A DNA stretch of 64,000 nucleotides from Candidatus Latescibacterota bacterium (GTDB lineage Bacteria > Latescibacterota > UBA2968 > GCA-2709665), in NCBI GenBank assembly GCA_965248435.1, contig OZ252100.1, forward strand, positions 1,120,001 through 1,184,000, written 5' to 3'. Under the pieces are notes generated by a model. The model was not told the DNA's origin. It was given only the letters and a program-made list of their open reading frames with translations, and searched no databases. The position numbers and the translations under genes are program-made. Of this stretch, positions 1-9,700 are shown piece by piece. Positions within the stretch are counted from its first letter, which is position 1. Each line of letters starts with the position of its first letter.

Positions 1-75
1 TTTCAAGATCAAACGCTTAACTCCGTCAAGACGCAAGCCGGCACATCCAAATCACTCGACCAGAGACCTTTACGC

Positions 76-791
76 TCACGGAGCAAAGACCTGAACCCGG
101 TTGTTAAACACGTCGGCTACGTAGATTCGACCCTGCGAGTCCAGTGCGATTCCTGCCAGCGACTCGAGACCTGCGTCCACTGGAAAGAAGGGGGAAAGGC
201 CGGAAAACTGAAACACCCCCTCCTCTGTACCGAAATCACCCCACTCGGTGAGTAACTCGCCGTCCGAAAACACTTTCACTTCAGACTGGATCGCGTCGAT
301 CACGAAGATGCGACCATCTTCACTGACGCGGAATCGACGATAAATCCTCGCATCTTCAAGGGCTTCAGACACCCATATGAGATCCTCTGCGACGGCCAAG
401 TTGAAGGCAGCCGAGGGATCCTCGGCCTGAAATCCATATTCTCCAACCCGGATTCGCTCGTGCCCCACCTGGGAGCAGGTCGCCTCTGCAAGCCGGACGA
501 AGAACTCCCGATCATCGGAAACGCCTGCCATAGCCTGCATGTCGACGAAGATGGGAAGAAACCGACACCGAGCCGACCGTTCAGGATCTGGAATAGGATG
601 GATGTCTTCCCGCTCCGCCGTTCGCCGACGAAGAGGAGGACGCACCCCTCAGTTTCCGCGACCAATCGCTAACGGGCATAGGCGAAATCCTCCTCACGCC
701 CGAAGAACAGGTTCGGGTCGCGGACTGGATTGCCCGTGATGAACGGATTCGGGGAAATGGGAGTAAATTCGGTCGTGTCTTCAGATCCCAT
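76..791 (-). pseudogene. Decayed STAND/AAA-type P-loop ATPase N-terminus fused to an NHL-repeat C-terminus
   Basis: ATG at 791 reads MGSEDTTEFTPISPNPFITGNPVRDPNLFFGREEDF, hits an in-frame TAG at 669-671, then Walker A GERRSGKTS. A frameshift near 560 leads into LPIFVDMQ, and the ORF ends in an NHL repeat (GIALDSQGRIYVADVFNNRVQVF). Confidence 0.7.
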
Positions 792-829
792 GGCCAGGCC
801 TTTGCAAAAGCCCCTTTCTGAAAACCAGA

Positions 830-899
830 AGAGCCCAACTGGAATCGATCCCGCCGGGCTCTGTCACATTGCTTATGTATGGTGGCCCCGAGGAGAGTC
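830..899. repeat. att-like site A: hairpin (830-862) plus 18/20 copy of tRNA-Glu 3' end (880-899)
   Basis: tggtggccccgaggagagtc versus tRNA 12953-12972 tggtgaccccgaggggagtc; stem agagccc/gggctct. Confidence 0.75.
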
Positions 900-1001
900 C
901 AAGGGAAAGCAACGCTTAAAGGACTCGTGTATCAGCTAGAAATCCAGCCAACCCGTCTCGACGCCGCACTCCCTCAAGTCATCTCCGCTTCTATTAATCA
1001 A

Positions 1002-1868
1002 TCATACCTCCACAACCATTCCATCATAAGCCAGAACGACGCCCCTCCGGGCCATATCCTCGACAATATCCTCGTGGGGTCCGACCTGCCTCAGGCTGAT
1101 GTGCGAGCCTACGATAGCCGTATCGCTACTGATAATCCCCGCTTGGCTAAGCTCAGAAATGGTGTGTTTAACCATGGAAAAATTCTGGTGCCCGGAGCGG
1201 GCCGGGTCGATCTCTAGATCCCCGAAGGTCGCATCGAATACGGCCAGATCCACCTGAAATCGGCGCAGGTAGTCCAGAGTCAGCGGTAGAATATAAGAGG
1301 AATCCAGGCCGTAAAAAACCGTTTTCCCGCCGCGCTCGAAGACATAATTCAGGGCCCGCTGCTCCCTGATCGTGTACTGCTTGTTGATGCAGTGATTGGC
1401 GTCCACTGCCGTGACCGTGGTGTCCCCAACCTCAAAACGCTCCTCCGGCCGAACCAGGTGGAAGTCGACATTTGGCTCGCTCCTCCGAGCGCAGAACCTC
1501 TTGATGCTCTCCTTCCACTCATAGCTCGCCGCAAACTCCAGAGCATCCCCCACCATCCCGTTGCCGTAGATCTGGAGCGTATGGCGCAGACGAGCGGCAA
1601 ATTCCAGAATGGCGACCGGCTGGAAATGATCCTGGTGTCCGTGAGTGATCAACAGGTGCCGGATCGTATCCCCGTTGACGCCGAATTTTCTTAACTGACG
1701 GTCGTCGTAGAAGTCTATCGAAATGTCTGGGGAAATCATGACAGAGGACGCTCGGCGCAGGTTCTTACCCCCGAGTTGCCGAGCCCGGACCAAGTGCTTG
1801 CTTTGGTCCTCCAGATCGTCCAGGAGGTGGAAATCGCCAGCCCCGGTGCCTAGAAACAGGAGCTTCAC
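1002..1868 (-). CDS. Metallo-beta-lactamase-fold hydrolase (PhnP/RNase Z-like)
   Basis: N-terminal LFLGTGA, THGHQDH motif, later H, D and SH motifs. Confidence 0.85.
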   Translation of the reverse strand: MKLLFLGTGAGDFHLLDDLEDQSKHLVRARQLGGKNLRRASSVMISPDISIDFYDDRQLRKFGVNGDTIRHLLITHGHQDHFQPVAILEFAARLRHTLQIYGNGMVGDALEFAASYEWKESIKRFCARRSEPNVDFHLVRPEERFEVGDTTVTAVDANHCINKQYTIREQRALNYVFERGGKTVFYGLDSSYILPLTLDYLRRFQVDLAVFDATFGDLEIDPARSGHQNFSMVKHTISELSQAGIISSDTAIVGSHISLRQVGPHEDIVEDMARRGVVLAYDGMVVEV

Positions 1869-1934
1869 GCTGTCCTCGAACCGGTCATAGCGCCCGGGCT
1901 CTGCAATCCCGAAACGTCGGCGAACGCAAGGTGC

Positions 1935-3887
1935 TCAAACTGAATGGTCGTCCTCCTTCAGATACTGGCGCAGCCAGTTAATTACGCGCTCGGCCATGTC
2001 CCGTACATGAGCTCGCTCGATGACTCCGTGGGGCTCTCGCGGGTAGACGATCAGCTCGACGGGTATGCCCTTGTCCTTCAGGGCGCGATAGAAGAGATAC
2101 GATTGCTCCACCGGTACGTCTTCGTCCACCTCGCCGTGGAGAATCAGGGTCGGCGTCTGCAGATTGTCGTAGTAGGACAGGGGTGAGAATCGTGTGTATC
2201 GCCCCTCGGCCTCGTAGGGACTGGCCTGGTAGTAGAGCTGGTCCCACGCCGGCAGGCAGCTCTTCCCGTGGAAGCTGAGCCAGTGCGAAATGCCGGCGCC
2301 CATCACCACGGTTCGGAAACGGTCGGTCTGCGACACCGCCCAGGCCGCTATGAAGCCTCCGTAGGACCAGCCGGAAAGGGCCAGTCGATCGGCGTCGGCG
2401 ATACCCGTCCCGATCAGCGAGTCAATACCCAGCATCATGTCCTCGAAGTCCTTGCCGCCCATGTCGCCGAGGTTGCTCTCGGAAAACTTCCGCCCCCAGC
2501 CGACGGAGCCGCGGTAGTTGGGCATGAACACGGCGTAGCCCTCGTTGGCCATCAGCTGGGCCCAGCCGCTGGCGGCGTAGTAACGCGAGCCACTCACACC
2601 GCTCGGCCCTCCGTGCACGCTCATCACCAGCGGGTAGCGCTTGCCGACCTCGTACCCCACCGGCTTTATCAGCAGGCCCTGCATCTTCTCTCCGTCGGCG
2701 CCCATCCATTCGTGGACGTCGGTCTCGCCGATGTCGATATCGGCGCTCTGCGGGTGCAGATTCGTGAGCTGAGTCCACTCGAGGGCGCTGTCCGCCGGGC
2801 GCCCGATCCACACGTCCAGCGGATTTTCGGCGTCCTCCAGCACCACGGCGAGGTCGCCGTTCTCGGCGTGGGAAAAGCGTGGCCAGTTCGCAATGGAGAC
2901 GGCGGCCTGCTGCCACCACAGACTGCTCCGCTCGCCGTCGGCGACACGGATCCGGTAGATCCCCGTGCCGCCCCGCTCGTGACCGATCGTCTGCAGCTCG
3001 CAACCGTCGGGCGACCAGGCCAGCCAGCCGATGCCGGCGACCATGCCCTCGGTGAGGTTGCGCGCCTCCCCTCCGGGCTCGAGCAGCCACGCGTCTCCGG
3101 CCACACACCCCCGATCACTCCAGGTCGAGGAGATGAAGGCCAGTTGCTCGCCGCTGGGCGACCACAGCGGTAGCGCCGCCTGGCACTCCGATTGCCACAG
3201 GGTCTCAACATCGCCGCCCAGATCGAAGCGCACCAGGCGGTTGCCGTACCAGGCGGATTCCGTGGGCAGATCGGACGCCACGGCTGCGATCTCCGATCCA
3301 CTCGGATGCCAGGCGAATTCCCAGATCTGCACCCCCGCCGTCGGTGAGGCACAGCACACTTCCCCTGTCGCCACCTCTACCGTCCACAGCCGCACGTATT
3401 TCAGATTCTGCTCGAAGGTGATAGCGTCGTCTTTGTCTTCGCGCCGCTGTCGCTCCTCGTCGGTCTCCGGGTCTTCCATCAGGAAGCCCAGAGCGCTTCC
3501 ATCCGGCGACCACTGCAGCGCGCTGAGACCTCGCGGCGAGGAGATCTCGCCCTTTATCTCGGTCAGGGCGATGGCTTCGCCGCCGCCGGCCGGGAGCAGA
3601 AACACCTGCCGCTGGCCCTCCTGCAGACGATCGGACAGAAAGGCCACTTGACGGCCGTCCGGCGACCAGCGGGGCAATGAATCGGTCCGCGGTCCGGCAG
3701 TGAGCTGGATCGCTGGCCCTCCCGCTGTACTCACCGTCCAGATGGTGGACCTGGGCCACTTGCTGTCCAACTTGAAGGAATCCCCGACTGTGAAGGCGAC
3801 CCGCGTTCCGTCGGGAGAGATCTGCGCGTCTTCGACACTCTTGAACGACAGTACATCTTCGGTTGTGAGAGGACGCCTTGAAAGCAT
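1935..3887 (-). CDS. S9 family peptidase (acylaminoacyl/dipeptidyl peptidase)
   Basis: PD40/beta-propeller repeats (WSPDG), VHGGP, GWSYGG nucleophile, HGEVDEDV, EPHG triad. Start chosen at MLSRR. Confidence 0.92.
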   Translation of the reverse strand: MLSRRPLTTEDVLSFKSVEDAQISPDGTRVAFTVGDSFKLDSKWPRSTIWTVSTAGGPAIQLTAGPRTDSLPRWSPDGRQVAFLSDRLQEGQRQVFLLPAGGGEAIALTEIKGEISSPRGLSALQWSPDGSALGFLMEDPETDEERQRREDKDDAITFEQNLKYVRLWTVEVATGEVCCASPTAGVQIWEFAWHPSGSEIAAVASDLPTESAWYGNRLVRFDLGGDVETLWQSECQAALPLWSPSGEQLAFISSTWSDRGCVAGDAWLLEPGGEARNLTEGMVAGIGWLAWSPDGCELQTIGHERGGTGIYRIRVADGERSSLWWQQAAVSIANWPRFSHAENGDLAVVLEDAENPLDVWIGRPADSALEWTQLTNLHPQSADIDIGETDVHEWMGADGEKMQGLLIKPVGYEVGKRYPLVMSVHGGPSGVSGSRYYAASGWAQLMANEGYAVFMPNYRGSVGWGRKFSESNLGDMGGKDFEDMMLGIDSLIGTGIADADRLALSGWSYGGFIAAWAVSQTDRFRTVVMGAGISHWLSFHGKSCLPAWDQLYYQASPYEAEGRYTRFSPLSYYDNLQTPTLILHGEVDEDVPVEQSYLFYRALKDKGIPVELIVYPREPHGVIERAHVRDMAERVINWLRQYLKEDDHSV

Positions 3888-4187
3888 GGAAGGTCCCTGT
3901 GTGAAGTTTGAGGAGCAGAGGCTTACGGGCACCCGCTATCTCGGGTCCGTGGGTCAGTTGACGAGGTGGGCGGACTTCATCGACACCCCCAAATATGTAC
4001 AGGGGTACACACGGTAAAACACTGCAGGACGACTGTGTCCCCACCAGTCCCAAAGTGAAGCCCGATCGCACGAGCAAAGCCTGCGACCGGTCACAAAACC
4101 TTCCCCTTTGCTGCGGTCTCTAGGTATCCAACGCAAAGCTCCTTGCAAACCCACTGCCGAACTCTCCGACACGCTCCAACCCGCGCC

Positions 4188-6032
4188 TTACCAGTAGATC
4201 CGCTCTCTCGAGACGAACCGTTCGATCTTCTGCCAGCGGGTGCTGTCGCGTCGATAATGGTCCCGTTGGTACAATGGACAGAGCCGCCCCGGCGGATCGA
4301 TGGCGACCACATCATTGCCCTTCCGCACCAGCGTGAACTTTTCCTTCTCGATCCACACCTCATCGGTCCGCTCCGCAATGGGGAAGGTCATCGTCGCCAC
4401 ATCCCCTGGTTTCACCTCGCCCACCTCCGCATAGCGACCATCCCGACCCACTGGACGATCATTGCCGTTCAACTGCAGTCTCACTTCATCGTGCTTCACC
4501 CACTCCGGGATGCGAATCGACAGCTCTACTGACTCCTTAATTCTCACATCCACCTGCCCTACGTAGGGGACGTGGCTATCAACATCCGCCCAGGGAGAGG
4601 CGCGATTCAGAAGCAGGTTCAGCCGCAACTTGCCAGAATCATGGGTCAAGATATTCTCCCACACGTAATAGAGGGCTCGACTGCCGGTTCCCGTGCAGCA
4701 GTGCATTATACCGTTGCCAACGCCTTCGTACCAGTCGTTGGCCTTGGGCCATCCTCCAAAGGCGCCGATGTTTCGCTCTATCACCCGCTCCGTGGTTTGA
4801 CCCATCGGATCCACTTCCGAGCGGGGCTGTCCCGCCGAATAGCGCCTGAGCCAATCGCCCTTCGCGGGCGTCAACTGCATTTCCACGAGCATGTTCCGCA
4901 CCCAACGATCCACGTCGTCGAGATAGTCTCCCACACCGGCCTCGGTCAGCTTCAGGCCCAGGGCGATCATGGTGGCCACCTCACAGATCTCGGAATGCTG
5001 CAGGTGCGGTGATCCTATAGTCTCCGGGAAATACCCGGTGAGCATTTCGCCGTTGGCCATGCCGTACTGAAAACCCCGGTGGGCGAAATCGATCATCTCC
5101 TGGTCTCCGCTGAGCATGCCATACTCCAGCATGGCCTGCAGACCGATGGCATGGTGATAGAAATGAGCTGTCGGTCTTTCCAAGGGACGGTCGGGCAAGA
5201 AGGTGCCGTCTGGAGCGAAGTGGTTGTTATGGTCCTTCAAATGGCGGCACAACTTGCCTGCCAGTTCCAGGGCCGGCTCGTAGTTCAGGGCCCGATACGC
5301 CTGCGCCAGCCCCACGGCGACCCAGCCGCCAAAGCTGCCCAGAAACGGACCGGGTATTTCTGCGTTCGGGTCTGTCTCCTCTCCCGGCAGAAAAATCGCC
5401 TGTGGGCAGTAAGCGTAATCTTCTCGCTCGATGGCACGCGCAGCCAGGGCATCGACCAGACGCTCGACAACCGACCGCCATACGTCACTACTGTCCCGAA
5501 GCGCGTAGAGGCTCAACGCACCCAGGGCACATCCGCAGTCAGCGGGAAGGGTAAGATGGTCCGCAGCCAAAGTGCGCTCGAGGTCATCATACTTGTCCAG
5601 ACGAACACGTGCCCACGGCCGGCCCCTTGTGGGCATGTAGAGCAGGCCGTCCGGCCCCTGCATGCGCAGGATCACCTCCATCCAGCGCCGCTCCACGTGC
5701 TCGTTCACGTCCGAGCCGCTCACGAGACGCACGAGTTGAAGCGACTCCATGAACTTCCACTGATTTTCGTGATCCCAGCATTGGTGCCGCATCATCGGCG
5801 GATTATGATTCAAGGTGGCGAGGAAATACAGTTCATAATCCGCGTCTGGATCGGTGGGGCCGGTGAGCCCACTTACCGCGAGTGCGGCCCGCTCCTGAAG
5901 ATCCAGGGTATCCGGCACCTGCGCCTCGTAACGCTCCCCGTTGCGGGCGGGAAGCTGAAACTCGGGGATGTCCGGACGGATATAAGCTATGGGGTCCCCT
6001 TGCCTCAGTTGCGTATTAGGCCTATCGCTCAT
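4188..6032 (-). CDS. GH127/GH146-like (beta-L-arabinofuranosidase-like) glycoside hydrolase
   Basis: SEICEVA and HCCTG metal/catalytic-type motifs, LSIRIPEW C-terminal beta domain; RBS gaggagggg before ATG 6032. Confidence 0.7.
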   Translation of the reverse strand: MSDRPNTQLRQGDPIAYIRPDIPEFQLPARNGERYEAQVPDTLDLQERAALAVSGLTGPTDPDADYELYFLATLNHNPPMMRHQCWDHENQWKFMESLQLVRLVSGSDVNEHVERRWMEVILRMQGPDGLLYMPTRGRPWARVRLDKYDDLERTLAADHLTLPADCGCALGALSLYALRDSSDVWRSVVERLVDALAARAIEREDYAYCPQAIFLPGEETDPNAEIPGPFLGSFGGWVAVGLAQAYRALNYEPALELAGKLCRHLKDHNNHFAPDGTFLPDRPLERPTAHFYHHAIGLQAMLEYGMLSGDQEMIDFAHRGFQYGMANGEMLTGYFPETIGSPHLQHSEICEVATMIALGLKLTEAGVGDYLDDVDRWVRNMLVEMQLTPAKGDWLRRYSAGQPRSEVDPMGQTTERVIERNIGAFGGWPKANDWYEGVGNGIMHCCTGTGSRALYYVWENILTHDSGKLRLNLLLNRASPWADVDSHVPYVGQVDVRIKESVELSIRIPEWVKHDEVRLQLNGNDRPVGRDGRYAEVGEVKPGDVATMTFPIAERTDEVWIEKEKFTLVRKGNDVVAIDPPGRLCPLYQRDHYRRDSTRWQKIERFVSRERIYW

Positions 6033-6304
6033 GGCATTGTCCCCTCCTCTTTTTCGTCTCCCGTAAATTAAAAGTATCTTTAAATCTAACGACTCATCGG
6101 GCAAACAACGGTGGAACCGACTGTATCCTTGAGTATGGAAAATGGCTGCCGCAACGACGGAGATCGAGGGTCTGATAGTGGGCTTCGCCACGTGTTTCGA
6201 GCCCGACTGTGTCACGCCGGTCGATCTGCGCCTGTATGGAATGCTTATACAATGTACTCCAAATGAATATCACCGAAATCCGCATCCTCAGGGAGAAAAA
6301 AGGG

Positions 6305-6368
6305 AAAGTCCTGCTGGAATCGAATCCCGCAGGACTTTTAGAGCCTTGTTTTTGGTGACCCCGAGGGG
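6305..6368. repeat. att-like site B: hairpin (6305-6338) plus 16-bp exact copy of tRNA-Glu 3' end (6353-6368)
   Basis: tggtgaccccgagggg; stem aaagtcctgc/gcaggacttt. Confidence 0.8.
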
Positions 6369-6791
6369 TCACGCACAAGTCGCAAACACTTTTGGGGACC
6401 TCTACGCGCTGGAGAAAACGGGCTTCCTGTACGTCGGACCTGCGTGTCGGCAGGCAGCATGAGGCTAGGACTGGATTTTCCGCTCAAAGGAGGGTAGGTA
6501 GCCCCGGTTTCGCAAGCGCACAAAGATAGCCTCCACACGTGCAAATTCCCAGAACAAAAAGGCATCCTCGCGAATTACTACCTCTGAACCGCATTCGCCT
6601 GCACGAGCGACTCACTCCTGATTCGCGTTCCAAGACACACCTTGCAACCCTCATCCTACCTGCATATCTTACCGTAAATTAGTGACTTCATGCTCCGAGG
6701 CTGAAGACGGGACGAACAAATCGGACACCTGTTGAGGGGCACGCTTCGGAGAGAGGTGTGCCCGATTCTCGTGGAGATCTGGCTCTCTTCT

Positions 6792-9700
6792 ATGGTTACT
6801 TCTGTTCGCATATTGCTTGTAGGCTTCTGGATCTCCGGATTTGTCCTCTCAGTCGGAGCTGCGCCGGGGGACATCACCACCGTGGCCGGTGGAGGCGTCG
6901 GCGACGGGCGTCCAGCGACTAATGCGGGCTTGAATGTCCCTAGTAGGCCATTCTTGGATGCGGCGGGCAATCTCTATATCGCGGATACGTTTAATCATCG
7001 GATCCGGAAGGTGGATAGGTCAGGCACCATCACCACCGTGGCGGGAAACGGGTCCGCTGGTTTTTCCGGCGATGGGGGTCCTGCGACCCGTGCAAGCTTG
7101 AATAGACCCTTCGGAGTCTTCGTTGATGAGTCAGGCAATCTCTACATTGCGGATACGGACAATCACCGGATTCGCAAAGTAGATGCGTCGGGCATCATTA
7201 CCACCGTGGCAGGAACTCTCTTCTTTGGTTTTTCCGGCGATGGGGGTCCAGCGACCCGCGCAAGCTTGAATAGTCCTAACGGAGTCTCCGCGGATATGGC
7301 GGGTAATCTCTATATTGCCGAATTTGAAAATCACCGCATCCGCAAAGTGGATACGTCGGGCACCATCACCACCGTGGCGGGAGATGGGACCGCTGCTTAT
7401 TTCGGTGATGGGGGCCCCGCAACGGATGCGAGTTTGGGTTTTCCTTTTGACGTTTTCGTGGATATGTCAGGAAATCTTTACATTGCAGATACGGGCAATA
7501 ACCGAGTTCGCAAAGTGGATACGTCGGGGACCATCACTACCGTGGCAGGAAATGGGACCCATACTTATTTCGGTGATGGGGGCTCTGCAACGGATGCGAG
7601 TTTGGCTTTTCCTTATGGTGTATTCGTGGATCGTTCAGGCAATCTCTATATTGCGGATACGTTTAATAATCGGATTCGGAAAGTAGATCCGTCGGGCACT
7701 ATCACCACCGTAGCTGGAAGTGGGGACTCCTTTAGTCCTTTAGCCGATATAGGTCGTGCAATTACCTTTAACCTATGGGCGCCCAGAGGGATTTTCGGGG
7801 ACGGATCAGGCAATCTCTATATTGCGGATACGTTTAATCATCGGATTCGAAAGGTAGGCCCAGGAGGTGATATCAGCACTGTAGCTGGAGGTGGTTTTGT
7901 CGGCGATGGAAGTCCGGCGACCCACGCAGGCTTGTTCGGCCCTCAAGGCATATTCGTCGACGGGTCGGGAAATCTCTATATCGCCGATCGGGGAAACAAT
8001 CGGATTCGGAAGATAGATGGGACTGGCACGATCACCACCGTGGCGGGAAATGGAAGGATTCGTTTTCGCGGGGATGGAGGTCCGGCAACCAGTGGGAGGG
8101 TGTGGGAGCCTGGAGGCGTTTTCGGAGATCGATCAGGCAATCTCTATATTGCGGATACGTTTAATGATCGGATTCGGAAAGTAGATCCGTCGGGCACTAT
8201 CACCACCGTGGCGGGAAATGGGAACCCTACATTTTCTAGCGAGGGGGGGCCGGCGATCGGTGCAAGCTTGTTTGGTCCTTCTAGCGTTTTTGTAGATAGG
8301 TCAGGCAATCTCTATATTGCGGATACGTTTAATCATCGGATTCGCAAGGTACATCCCTCGGGCGCCATCACCATCATCACCACCGTGGCGGGAAATGGGA
8401 CCCGTGGTTTTTCCGGGGATGGGGGTCCCGCGATCCGTGCAAGTTTGACTTTTCCTTTCGACGTTTTCGTAGATGGGTTAGGCATCCTCTATATTGCGGA
8501 TAAAGACAATCACCGGGTTCGGAAGGTGGATGCGTCGGGGACGATCACCACCGTTGCGGGAAATGGGATCCCTAGTTTTTCCGGCGATGGAGGCCCGGCG
8601 ACGCGCGCGAGCTTGGTTGCACCCAATAGCCTCTTCGTAGATGGGTCGGGCAATCTCTTTATTGCGGATAGAGGCAACAACCGGATTCGGCGAGTGGAAG
8701 GCATTGCGGCACCTCCCAACTTGGTGGTGGGTGTTTTCGAGCCGCCAGCTCTCGTATCTTCCCTGCCGGGGCTTGGACCTGCTTCTCCGGGTGTAGGGCC
8801 AACGCTTTCCGGTCCGCTTCCCATCCTCGGCCCGGGGCTGAACGATCCGCAGGAGGCGGGCACCATTCGAACTATCGCGGGAGGCGATGTTGGTGATGGC
8901 CGGGGCGCCCTGGAGGCAAACCTCCTTTTTCCAAACGATGTTGTTACCGACCAGGAGGGCAACCTCTACATCTCTAGCGGGAGCAACAACCGGGTGCGCC
9001 GCGTCGATGCCCTCACCGGTCTGATCAGCACCGTCGCAGGAACCGGCATCCGCGGCTTCTCCGGCGACGGAGGCAGCGCCGTAGACGCCAAACTTGCTTT
9101 CAATGTTGGTCTTGCCATCGACAGTGCCAGCAACCTCTTCCTTGCGGATGCCGCCAACCACCGCATCCGCCGGGTAGATGCTCAAACAAGCATTATTACA
9201 ACGGTCGCCGGAACAGGTGAGCCCGGCTTCTCCGGGGATGAGGGACCGGCAGTCAATGCGCAACTTTTGTTCCCGGAGGACATAGCTGTAGATCGCGCAG
9301 GAAATCTTTTCATCGCTGACAGGAGCAACCATCGTGTCCGGATGGTCGATTCATCTACCGGACAGATCGTCACTGTAGCAGGCAACGGGGCCCCAGGGTT
9401 TGCGGGAGACGGAGGGCATGCGCTCGCTGCACAGATAGAAGTCCCCGAGAGAATCGCCGTCGATAATTCGGGAAATCTCTATGTCTCAACGGGCAGCCGC
9501 ATCCGCCGCATCGATGCAAAGACGGGCACCGTGACCACAGTCGCGGGCACTACCACCGGCTTTTCCGGAGACGGTGGCCCGGCAACGGAAGCGCAATTCA
9601 GCGACTCTCAGAGAATTGCTATAGACGCACAGGGCAACATCTTCGTGGCGGATCAGGGCAATCACCGCATCCGGAAAGTCGATGCCCAGAGCGGGATTGT

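Noticed and set aside
669-671. TAG read-through (pyrrolysine or recoding)
   Set aside because: The same gene also has a frameshift and a deletion, and TAG ends normal genes such as pyrF.
6142-6462. 106-aa ORF across att site B as an intact gene
   Set aside because: No recognisable domain and it spans a recombination junction; treated only as a possible remnant.
6950-8700. Regularly spaced ~40-bp DNA repeats resembling CRISPR
   Set aside because: They are in-frame NHL repeat codons within one ORF.
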